64,000 nucleotides of DNA from positions 1 to 64,000 of IMG/VR virus record IMGVR_UViG_3300006841_000093; one strand, given 5' to 3'. Position 1 is the stretch's first letter; each line of letters begins with the position of its first letter. Shown here piece by piece: positions 56,856 through 64,000 of this stretch. The stretch is from a virus. Below the pieces are notes generated by a model. It was not told the origin of the DNA. It saw nothing but the letters and a program-made list of their open reading frames with translations, and made no database searches. A program made the translations under genes and the position numbers.

Positions 56856-57270
56856 GATGGTGGAATGTACATTAACAGAACCTGATGATTTTTTAAAAAT
56901 TAGAGAGACATTGACTAGAATTGGAGTAGCATCCAGAAAAGATAAAACTCTGTATCAATCATGTCATATATTACATAAACAAGGAAGATATTTTATTGTA
57001 CACTTTAAAGAATTATTTGCACTTGATGGTAAACCAACCAATTTTTCAGAAAATGATCAAGCGAGAAGAAACACAATAGCAAACTTATTAGCAGAATGGG
57101 GATTAATTAAATTAGTAAATCCTGATCAATCTTCTGCATTAGTTGTCCCGTTAAATCAATTAAAAATTCTAGCATATAAAGAAAAAGATGAATGGGCATT
57201 AACCGCAAAATACAATATTGGAAGTAAGAAAGTAAATTATGAGTACGGCGAAGAAGAAGGTGGTAACTAA
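56836..57270 (+). CDS. regA: Translational repressor RegA
   Basis: 'PDDFLKIRETLTRIGVASRK...LYQSCHILHKQGRYFIVHFKELFALDG'. Confidence 0.97.
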   Translation: MTVNIDEMVECTLTEPDDFLKIRETLTRIGVASRKDKTLYQSCHILHKQGRYFIVHFKELFALDGKPTNFSENDQARRNTIANLLAEWGLIKLVNPDQSSALVVPLNQLKILAYKEKDEWALTAKYNIGSKKVNYEYGEEEGGN

Positions 57271-57823
57271 AACAGAGTCATCACCAACAACCAATACAAG
57301 TACATCTTTAAAATTTTACAGATTGAACGAACAAGCCATATTACCAACATTTGCAACAAAACAATCAGCTTGTTTTGATTTATATGCAAATTTGATAAAT
57401 GGTGAGGAAGTTCAGTATTATCAGGCAATAGCTACTAAAGTACTACCCAGAAAAGTTTCATTTGATATAAATAGTAATAGATCATTTATACCAATCAATA
57501 ATGAAGAAAGAATGTTGATCCCTCTAGGGCTTATCGCAGATATACCAGAGGGATTTTCTGTTAGATTACATTCGAGATCTGGTATGGCATTTAAACAGGG
57601 AGTTTATCTTACAAATTGTGAAGGGATTATCGATAGTGATTATGTTGATCCAATGTTTGCAATGGTTACGAATATGAGTAATGTACCCGTAAAGATTTAT
57701 GATGGAGACAGGATATGCCAAGGAGAACTAGTTCGATGTGAAAAATATACATTGGATGAGTCTGATGAAGCACCAACTCAAAAAACAGATAGAGAAGGTG
57801 GATTTGGTTCAACTGGTACGTAA
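57239..57823 (+). CDS. dut: Trimeric dUTPase
   Basis: 'SACFDL', 'RSG', 'GIIDSDY', 'RICQG', 'REGGFGSTG'. Confidence 0.93.
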   Translation: MSTAKKKVVTKTESSPTTNTSTSLKFYRLNEQAILPTFATKQSACFDLYANLINGEEVQYYQAIATKVLPRKVSFDINSNRSFIPINNEERMLIPLGLIADIPEGFSVRLHSRSGMAFKQGVYLTNCEGIIDSDYVDPMFAMVTNMSNVPVKIYDGDRICQGELVRCEKYTLDESDEAPTQKTDREGGFGSTGT

Positions 57824-57865
57824 ATAACTACCAGTTAGTCTTTAACTTAATTTAACGGAGTTTAT

Positions 57866-58096
57866 ATGTTAGATAAAGCAGTCGGATGGATGCGCAGCCT
57901 TACCGAAGCCGGAATTGCATTAATCGCTCTTGGAGTGGTTTTACAAATAATCTGGCCAGGAGCCGCAGCGATTCCATTTATTGGAATAGACATTGTAGGA
58001 AACGTTCTTGCCCTAGTTGCAAAACTTGGTGGAGAAGGTCTTGTAGGTCTAGTTGCGTTATGGGTTCTTTGGGGCATCTATAGTAGAGGTCAGTAA
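57866..58096 (+). CDS. Small hydrophobic membrane protein
   Basis: Two to three TM segments; GGAG RBS; GC-richer than its surroundings. Confidence 0.65.
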   Translation: MLDKAVGWMRSLTEAGIALIALGVVLQIIWPGAAAIPFIGIDIVGNVLALVAKLGGEGLVGLVALWVLWGIYSRGQ

Positions 58097-58102
58097 AGGA
58101 TC

Positions 58103-58130
58103 TTGACAAATCCAAATTCCATGATATAAT
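58103..58130 (+). promoter_or_regulatory. Sigma70-like promoter (TTGACA-N16-TATAAT)
   Basis: TTGACA at 58103, TATAAT at 58125. Confidence 0.75.
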
Positions 58131-58212
58131 AAACCTAAGTGAATTTTATATTATGGAAGTAGAACTGAAGGGGTACAAACTACTGTTTGGCCCCTTCTTT
58201 TAATTACAAATA

Positions 58213-58347
58213 ATGATGAAAACAAAATTTAAGTTAGTAGTAAAAGACTCTGGTGAATATACAGCAGATTCGTTTAGTGAACTAATTTGGATAGTTATAA
58301 AACACAGATTTGGACACTTCTTCAAAGGAGAAGGGTTCATTGACTGA
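58213..58347 (+). CDS. Small conserved hypothetical protein (44 aa, not in ORF track)
   Basis: MMKTKFKLVVKDSGEYTADSFSELIWIVIKHRFGHFFKGEGFID. Confidence 0.6.
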   Translation: MMKTKFKLVVKDSGEYTADSFSELIWIVIKHRFGHFFKGEGFID

Positions 58348-58441
58348 GGTTGTCCATAGTGGAAACCTCTTTTACACAACGATTGCTCAAGCGAAAGAGA
58401 ATCGTTATTTTATTAACCTCGCTTTATAAGGAGGAATTATG
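58346..58441 (+). promoter_or_regulatory. Three-hairpin 5' UTR of hsp20, ROSE-like RNA thermometer candidate
   Basis: Last hairpin CCTCGCTT-TAT-AAGGAGG pairs UCGCU with the SD. Confidence 0.55.
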
Positions 58442-58915
58442 GTACTTCGCGCAGCACACACCCCTTTAAATTTTGGTGATTTAGAAAAAGTTCTAGGATT
58501 TTCCGTAGGATTTGATTCAATGTTTGATCGTTGGGAATCGGTTTTTGATTTCAATACGGCGAACAATACAAATTATCCCCCATACAACATTCGGAGAGAA
58601 GGAGATGAAAAATATTTCATCGAACTTGCGATTGCTGGTCTAAATGAAGATGATTTGGAAGTTTCATTACAGAGTCAAGTTCTTAATATTCGTTCTAAGA
58701 AGGAATCGGATCAGGAACCAGAAGATAATTATGTACATCGTGGAATTGCTAAAAGGCAATTTGAAAGAGAATTTACATTATCTGATGACATTGTAGTTAA
58801 GGGTTGTGATTTAACGAATGGAATGTTAACCATTGAACTTGAAAGAATAATTCCAGAGGAAAAACGAGCACGTTTAATTCCTATTGGAAAAAATAAAGTC
58901 AAGTCGATTAACTAA
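58439..58915 (+). CDS. Small heat-shock protein (Hsp20/IbpA-like)
   Basis: 'NYPPYNI', 'IELAIAG', 'YVHRGIAKRQFEREFTL', 'NGMLTIELERIIPEEK'. Confidence 0.95.
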   Translation: MVLRAAHTPLNFGDLEKVLGFSVGFDSMFDRWESVFDFNTANNTNYPPYNIRREGDEKYFIELAIAGLNEDDLEVSLQSQVLNIRSKKESDQEPEDNYVHRGIAKRQFEREFTLSDDIVVKGCDLTNGMLTIELERIIPEEKRARLIPIGKNKVKSIN

Positions 58916-58923
58916 TTCGATGC

Positions 58924-58957
58924 GCCCATCAATACTTTTGTATTGGTGGGCTTTTTT
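58924..58957 (+). terminator. Rho-independent terminator after hsp20
   Basis: GCCCATCAATAC-TTTT-GTATTGGTGGGC followed by TTTTTT. Confidence 0.9.
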
Positions 58958-58989
58958 GTTATCTAAATATTAGAAAAAAAGGAGAAAAT

Positions 58990-59076
58990 ATGTGTAATAA
59001 CGAACATTGTCATTGTGAGGGTTGTACTTGTGATCCTTGTGAATGTTCAGCAGATGATCTGTGTGGATGTGAATAA
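58990..59076 (+). CDS. Metallothionein-like Cys-rich peptide (28 aa, not in ORF track)
   Basis: MCNNEHCHCEGCTCDPCECSADDLCGCE: 9 Cys, 2 His; AGGAG RBS. Confidence 0.7.
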   Translation: MCNNEHCHCEGCTCDPCECSADDLCGCE

Positions 59077-59092
59077 TTTTTGAAAGGTTATA

Positions 59093-59554
59093 ATGCTTAC
59101 AATATTAGGAAGTGTATTAGGATTTGCTACTTCTACTGTACCTACCATAATGGACTTCTTTAAAGAAAAAGAAGAGAAGAAAGCAAAACAAGAAGAATTT
59201 AAATTACAGATAGAAGCAAAAAAAGCAGGTGTAGATTTAGACATTAAATTGTTTGAAGCAAAAAAAGATTTTGATGAACAGAAAATGCTTCTTGAACATG
59301 ATAAGGCATTAGGTCAACAAGGGGGTTTTATAAACTCGTTAAGAGCATTTGTAAGACCTTTTATAACTTATGTGTTTGTATTGACATTTATAGGTATTAA
59401 AGTAGTACTTGTATGGCAAGCAATACAAATAGATGCAGATTTAAATCAAACTATTGATATTGTGTGGGATGATGAAACTGAGGCTCTATTTGCAGCAATA
59501 ATTAGTTTTTGGTTCGGTTCTCGCGCAATGCCAGCGAAAAAGACCAATAAGTGA
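59093..59554 (+). CDS. Holin-like protein (3TM holin family)
   Basis: 'LRAFVRPFITY...IISFWFGSR'; directly before the endolysin. Confidence 0.7.
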   Translation: MLTILGSVLGFATSTVPTIMDFFKEKEEKKAKQEEFKLQIEAKKAGVDLDIKLFEAKKDFDEQKMLLEHDKALGQQGGFINSLRAFVRPFITYVFVLTFIGIKVVLVWQAIQIDADLNQTIDIVWDDETEALFAAIISFWFGSRAMPAKKTNK

Positions 59555-59563
59555 GGAAATGAA

Positions 59564-60040
59564 ATGGCAGGAAATATACAATTATCAAAGAACTTTTGGC
59601 TTAGTGAATTAATCAAGAGTTCTACTGCAGAAAGAAAGGGTATTGATAATACACCAGAGACAGAACATTTAGTTAATCTTACAGTAATAACACAACAAAT
59701 TTTACAACCGGTCAGAGAACATTTCGGAGTAATCACAGTCAATTCTGGATATCGAGGACCCAAATTAAATGCAGCTATTGGTGGATCAAAAACCTCTCAG
59801 CACATGAATGGTGAGGCGGTAGATTTTGAGCAATTAGGTACTCCTAATCCAACAGTAGCAAAATGGATAACAGAAAATCTAGTATGGGATCAAATCATAT
59901 TAGAGTTTTATAAAAAAGGTGAACCTAATTCGGGGTGGATACATTGTTCATACAAAAAAAATGGTCAAAATCGAAAGAAGATAACTACAGCATTAGTACA
60001 AAATGGAAAGACAGTTTACAAAAACGGGTTTGTTGTTTAA
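59564..60040 (+). CDS. Peptidase M15A-family endolysin
   Basis: 'LSKNFWLSEL', 'VNSGYR...LNAAIGGSKTSQHMNGEAVD', 'WIHCS'. Confidence 0.88.
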   Translation: MAGNIQLSKNFWLSELIKSSTAERKGIDNTPETEHLVNLTVITQQILQPVREHFGVITVNSGYRGPKLNAAIGGSKTSQHMNGEAVDFEQLGTPNPTVAKWITENLVWDQIILEFYKKGEPNSGWIHCSYKKNGQNRKKITTALVQNGKTVYKNGFVV

Positions 60041-60109
60041 TCGAATTTTACATTAAATTTTATCTTCAAATACTTTTCACGGTGGGCGCGTTCATGGGTC
60101 GCTCATGGG

Positions 60110-60138
60110 TTGACAAACACATAAAACTGTGTTATAAT
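60110..60138 (+). promoter_or_regulatory. Sigma70-like promoter (TTGACA-N17-TATAAT) for gp43
   Basis: TTGACA at 60110, TATAAT at 60133. Confidence 0.75.
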
Positions 60139-60204
60139 AGGTTAGATGAAATTAATAGTGATTATGATAAAGAAACGCGAACAAACTGGTATCCCAAAAA
60201 CTAA

Positions 60205-62679
60205 ATGTCAAAATTTTATACTAACGTAGTATGTCTAGGTAATTATATTTTCGAAAGGGGAATAGAAAATGGATTACCTTTTGAAGAAAGACATGAATTT
60301 AAACCTACCTTATATATTCCTACCACAACTGAAACTAAATGGCGAACACTTGAAGATGAGCCAGTAGCCCCTGTTCAATGGGGATCTATTAAAGAAACCC
60401 GCGAATCAGTAAAAAAGTATGAAGGTGTAGATAACATGAAAATCTACGGCCATACAAATTATAATTATTCTTTTATTGCTGAAACATATCCAGAAAATAT
60501 TGATTACAATTTAGAACATCTTAAAATGATGTTTCTAGATATTGAAGTTGCTTCTGAACAAGGATTTCCTGATCCTGAAAACGCATCAGAAGAAGTAGTT
60601 GCCATTACTACAAAGATGGGTGATGATATTCAAGTTTGGGGTTGTAATGAATTTAAGAATGATAAAGAGGATATTACATATAATAGATGTTTTGATGAAC
60701 GACAATTATTAGAAGAATTTGTCATGTATTGGCAGAAGAATTGTCCTCATGTAATTTCTGGTTGGAACACAAAAACATTTGATACTCCATATCTTATTAA
60801 CAGAATTCGTAATATCTTAAATGAAACGTGGGTCAAGAAACTTTCACCGTGGGGATTTGTTAAAGAACAAAAAATCTTTGGTATGGGTGGTCGTGAAGTT
60901 CAGACTTATGAAATCTATGGTGTGTCTGAAATTGATTACTTGGATGCCTACAAGAAGTTTACTTATACTAATCAAGAGTCATATAGATTAGATCATATTG
61001 CTTATGTAGAATTGGGTCAAACTAAACTAGACTTTTCTGAAGTAGCAACACTCCATGAATTGTACAAGAAAGATTTTCAAAAGTTCATTGAATACAATAT
61101 TCAAGATACATTATTGGTTAGTCGCCTTGAAGATAAATTAAAACTTTTAGAATTGATTATTTCTCTGGCATATCTGTCGAAGTGTAATCTCACAGATGTA
61201 TTTGCACAGACTAGAATGTGGGATTGTATTATTTACAATCATCTTTTGAGAGAGAAAATTGTAATTCCTCAAAAGACTAAACATAGTAAAGGTGATATGT
61301 ATGAGGGTGCTTATGTTAAAGCACCACAATGTGGTAGACATGAATGGATTGTGAGTTTTGATTTAAACAGTCTATATCCACATTTGATTATGCAATATAA
61401 TATTTCTCCTGAAACCATCTTAGGACAATGGAAAGATGAAATAGGAGTAGAAGGTTTAATCGATAAAGAATTTGATACATCAGTTTGGAAACAAAAAGAT
61501 ATAACAGTTACACCGAATGGATCTGTTTATCGTAGAGATAAGCAAGGGTTTCTTCCCCAATTAATGGAAAGTATGTACAATGATAGGGTGAAATATAAAA
61601 AGAAAATGTTAGATGAACAGAAAAAGGGAAGAAACTCTGATCCAAATAAATTATCACAATATTACAACTATCAACAAAATTTAAAGATTGCATTAAACTC
61701 CGCCTATGGAGCAATGGGTAATCAATGGTTTCGTTATTATGATGAACGTAATGCAGAAGCAGTTACTGCAGCAGGTCAGTTATCAATTCAATGGGCCGAG
61801 AATGCAGTAAACAATTATTTAAACAAAACATTAGGTACACAAGATGTTGACTATATTGTTGCTATGGATACTGATTCTTTATATGTTCGTCTTGATGATC
61901 TTGTTTCTAGAATTGGTATTACCGATAAGGAAAAAATCATTGGATTCTTGGACAAGGCCTGTGGAAGAATCGAAGAAGTAATTGAAAAATGTTATACTGA
62001 ATTAGCGGAGTACATGAACGCCTATCAACAAAAGATGGTCATGAAACGTGAGGTCATTGCTGATACAGGAATTTGGACAGCAAAGAAACATTATATTCTG
62101 AACGTTCACGATTCTGAGGGTGTTCGATATGAAGAACCAAAATTAAAGATTGTGGGTATTGAAGCAATTAAAAGTTCAACACCAGAAGCATGTAGACAAT
62201 CACTTAGAGAGATTTTCAATATTATTATTTCAGGCACAGAAGATGATGTTATTGGTTATATTGAAAAGTTTAAAGAGAAGTTTTTTGGTTTGAATATGGA
62301 AGCTGTAGCATTTCCAAGATCTGTTAATGGATTAAAAAAATATAAAGATTCAGCAACAATTTATAAAAAATCAACTCCAATTCATGTTAAGGGAAGTTTA
62401 ATTTATAATCACATGTTGAGGACTAAGAAATTAACTAGAAGATATCCTGTTATACAAGAGGGTGAAAAGGTTAAGTTCACTTATCTCAAAGATCCAAATC
62501 CAGCAGGTGATAAAGTAATTTCTGTATTAAATAGTTTACCAAAAGAATTTGAATTAGAGAAATATATAGATTATGATACCCAATTTGAGAAAGCATTTAT
62601 CGAACCATTAAAAGGTGTATTAGATGTAATTGGGTGGGAAACAGAGAGAAAGTCAAGTCTTGACAATTTTTTTATATAG
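60205..62679 (+). CDS. gp43: Family B DNA polymerase
   Basis: Exo 'FLDIEV', 'SFDLNSLYP', 'KIALNSAYG', 'DTDS'; C-terminal KSSLDNFFI. Confidence 0.98.
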   Translation: MSKFYTNVVCLGNYIFERGIENGLPFEERHEFKPTLYIPTTTETKWRTLEDEPVAPVQWGSIKETRESVKKYEGVDNMKIYGHTNYNYSFIAETYPENIDYNLEHLKMMFLDIEVASEQGFPDPENASEEVVAITTKMGDDIQVWGCNEFKNDKEDITYNRCFDERQLLEEFVMYWQKNCPHVISGWNTKTFDTPYLINRIRNILNETWVKKLSPWGFVKEQKIFGMGGREVQTYEIYGVSEIDYLDAYKKFTYTNQESYRLDHIAYVELGQTKLDFSEVATLHELYKKDFQKFIEYNIQDTLLVSRLEDKLKLLELIISLAYLSKCNLTDVFAQTRMWDCIIYNHLLREKIVIPQKTKHSKGDMYEGAYVKAPQCGRHEWIVSFDLNSLYPHLIMQYNISPETILGQWKDEIGVEGLIDKEFDTSVWKQKDITVTPNGSVYRRDKQGFLPQLMESMYNDRVKYKKKMLDEQKKGRNSDPNKLSQYYNYQQNLKIALNSAYGAMGNQWFRYYDERNAEAVTAAGQLSIQWAENAVNNYLNKTLGTQDVDYIVAMDTDSLYVRLDDLVSRIGITDKEKIIGFLDKACGRIEEVIEKCYTELAEYMNAYQQKMVMKREVIADTGIWTAKKHYILNVHDSEGVRYEEPKLKIVGIEAIKSSTPEACRQSLREIFNIIISGTEDDVIGYIEKFKEKFFGLNMEAVAFPRSVNGLKKYKDSATIYKKSTPIHVKGSLIYNHMLRTKKLTRRYPVIQEGEKVKFTYLKDPNPAGDKVISVLNSLPKEFELEKYIDYDTQFEKAFIEPLKGVLDVIGWETERKSSLDNFFI

Positions 62680-62687
62680 TGTATAAT
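62660..62687 (+). promoter_or_regulatory. Sigma70-like promoter (TTGACA-N16-TATAAT) overlapping the gp43 3' end
   Basis: TTGACA at 62660, TATAAT at 62682. Confidence 0.7.
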
Positions 62688-62698
62688 AGGGGGTATAC

Positions 62699-62929
62699 AT
62701 GGCAGGAAGTGTAATGGTAAGATATGCAAAGAAGACTACAAAACAATTAAGAAAAGAAAATTCAGGGTCACATGCTCAAATGTCAAAACAATTAAATTAT
62801 TCAATAGATATAGATCCAGATTCAATTAGTTATATGACTTTTGAAACTCAATCAGAAGCAAAGGCTTTTGCACAAAGAATGCAAGAAGATGGAAACCATA
62901 TAATTGAGATAAAAGATGATTACAGATGA
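62699..62929 (+). CDS. Hypothetical protein
   Basis: ORF track; GGGGG RBS. Confidence 0.6.
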   Translation: MAGSVMVRYAKKTTKQLRKENSGSHAQMSKQLNYSIDIDPDSISYMTFETQSEAKAFAQRMQEDGNHIIEIKDDYR

Positions 62930-63083
62930 TTTTGGTGGTTGGCTCACAGAAGATTTGCTACTTTTATTATCAGATTTAAAATTTCAAAGAGATCGTGTGG
63001 AAACATATTCTGAACGAGTAGATATAAATCAAGAAATTAGAGCAGTTAAAACAGAACTTAGATTAAGGAAAGATAATGAGTGA
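62916..63083 (+). CDS. Small hypothetical protein (55 aa, not in ORF track)
   Basis: [27 protein letters not shown]...; overlaps both neighbours. Confidence 0.55.
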   Translation: MITDDFGGWLTEDLLLLLSDLKFQRDRVETYSERVDINQEIRAVKTELRLRKDNE

Positions 63084-64000
63084 TTATTTAGATAATTTAG
63101 TAAAAGTGACAGGTAATGAATTCGCAACAAAAGTTTCAGATGGGGTTGAAGCTGGTGATGTTACTGGTCATGTAGATACAGGAAGTTATATTTTAAATGC
63201 ATTAGTTTCAGGAGACATTTATGGAGGAATCCCATCAAACAAAATTACAGCTCTGGCAGGAGAAACTGCAACGGGTAAAACATTTTTCGCTCTTGGTATG
63301 GTCAAACAGTTTCTTTCAGATAATCCTAGCGGCGGCGTTTTGTATTTTGAGTCTGAGTCTGCACTCACTAAAGACATGATTGAGAGTAGGGGAATCGATT
63401 CAAAACGAATGATAATTCTCCCCGTAACTACTATACAAGAATTTACTCACCAAGCAGTTAAAATAGTAGAAAATCATACAGAAGATAAACCGATAATGAT
63501 GTGTCTCGATTCACTTGGAATGTTATCAACAACAAAAGAAGTTGGTGATATTACAGAAGGTAAGGAGACTAAAGATATGACACGGGCACAACTTGTTAAA
63601 GGGTGTTTCAGGGTCTTGACATTGAAATTAGGTAAAGCAGGAATTCCATTATTAGTAACCAATCATACATACAAACAAGTTGGAACTATGTTTCCACAAG
63701 ATGTGATGGGTGGTGGTAGTGGACTACAGTATGCAGCATCTACAATTATTTTCCTTTCCAAGAGAAAAGAAAAAGAGGGCACAGATGTTGTTGGTAATGT
63801 AATACATTGTAAGAATTTTAAATCTAGATTAACGAAAGAAAATAAAAAGGTAGATGTTCTCTTGAGGTATGATCAAGGTTTGAATAGATATTATGGGTTA
63901 CTTGAATTAGCAGAAGAAGCGGGGATTTTTAAAAAGGTTTCTACAAGATATGAGATGCCGGATGGTGGTAAAATTTTTGGAAAGGCAATACTGAATGAGC
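63076..64000 (+). CDS. uvsX: RecA-like recombinase UvsX (3'-truncated, not in ORF track)
   Basis: [10 protein letters not shown]...[13 protein letters not shown]...[20 protein letters not shown]; 'LDSLGMLST', 'KDMTRAQ'. Confidence 0.95.
   Translation, partial: MSDYLDNLVKVTGNEFATKVSDGVEAGDVTGHVDTGSYILNALVSGDIYGGIPSNKITALAGETATGKTFFALGMVKQFLSDNPSGGVLYFESESALTKDMIESRGIDSKRMIILPVTTIQEFTHQAVKIVENHTEDKPIMMCLDSLGMLSTTKEVGDITEGKETKDMTRAQLVKGCFRVLTLKLGKAGIPLLVTNHTYKQVGTMFPQDVMGGGSGLQYAASTIIFLSKRKEKEGTDVVGNVIHCKNFKSRLTKENKKVDVLLRYDQGLNRYYGLLELAEEAGIFKKVSTRYEMPDGGKIFGKAILNE

Noticed and set aside
59935-60204. 89-aa ORF overlapping the endolysin 3' end (possible spanin)
   Set aside because: No lipobox or TM segment; it crosses a hairpin and the gp43 promoter
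60205-62679. Intron or intein in gp43 (also checked gp17, gp20, gp23, uvsW)
   Set aside because: ORFs are continuous and of ordinary length with contiguous motifs
1-64000. CRISPR array, reverse transcriptase/DGR, integrase or IS element
   Set aside because: No regularly spaced repeats and no RT, integrase or transposase motifs seen
1-64000. Stop-codon reassignment (alternative genetic code)
   Set aside because: Core genes are full length under the standard code, and TAA, TGA and TAG all occur as real stops; no suppressor tRNA is seen

Overview
A 64-kb segment of an AT-rich, large T4-like myovirus genome. Its gene content resembles marine T4-like phages; the host is probably Gram-negative but cannot be identified from this window. 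Gene order: gp15 (partial), gp16, gp17, gp18-gp23, gp3, uvsY, uvsW, gp55, gp47, gp46, then a long accessory region, then gp45, gp44, a ~10.7-kb insert, gp62, regA, dUTPase, hsp20, holin/endolysin, gp43 and uvsX (partial). The accessory region encodes peptide deformylase, an ExbB/MotA-like module, SbmA/BacA, a halogenase, a half-size Na/Pi transporter, a six-gene purine uptake/salvage cluster, an AsnRS-like protein with an atypical tRNA, a U32-like protein with a methyltransferase, tRNA-Tyr and CobT/CobS-like proteins. The strongest candidate for a new system is a DNA-modification machinery tethered to the sliding clamp. Three DNA methyltransferases and an AsnB-like amidotransferase end in the same C-terminal peptide (consensus [S/P]-L-x-x-F-F) as the gp43 polymerase, which in T4-like phages binds the gp45 clamp. 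Most of these genes lie in an island splitting gp44 from gp62, together with PLP, dehydrogenase, ParB-like, nuclease and 2OG-oxygenase genes. All protein calls come from motif recognition and synteny, not database searches.
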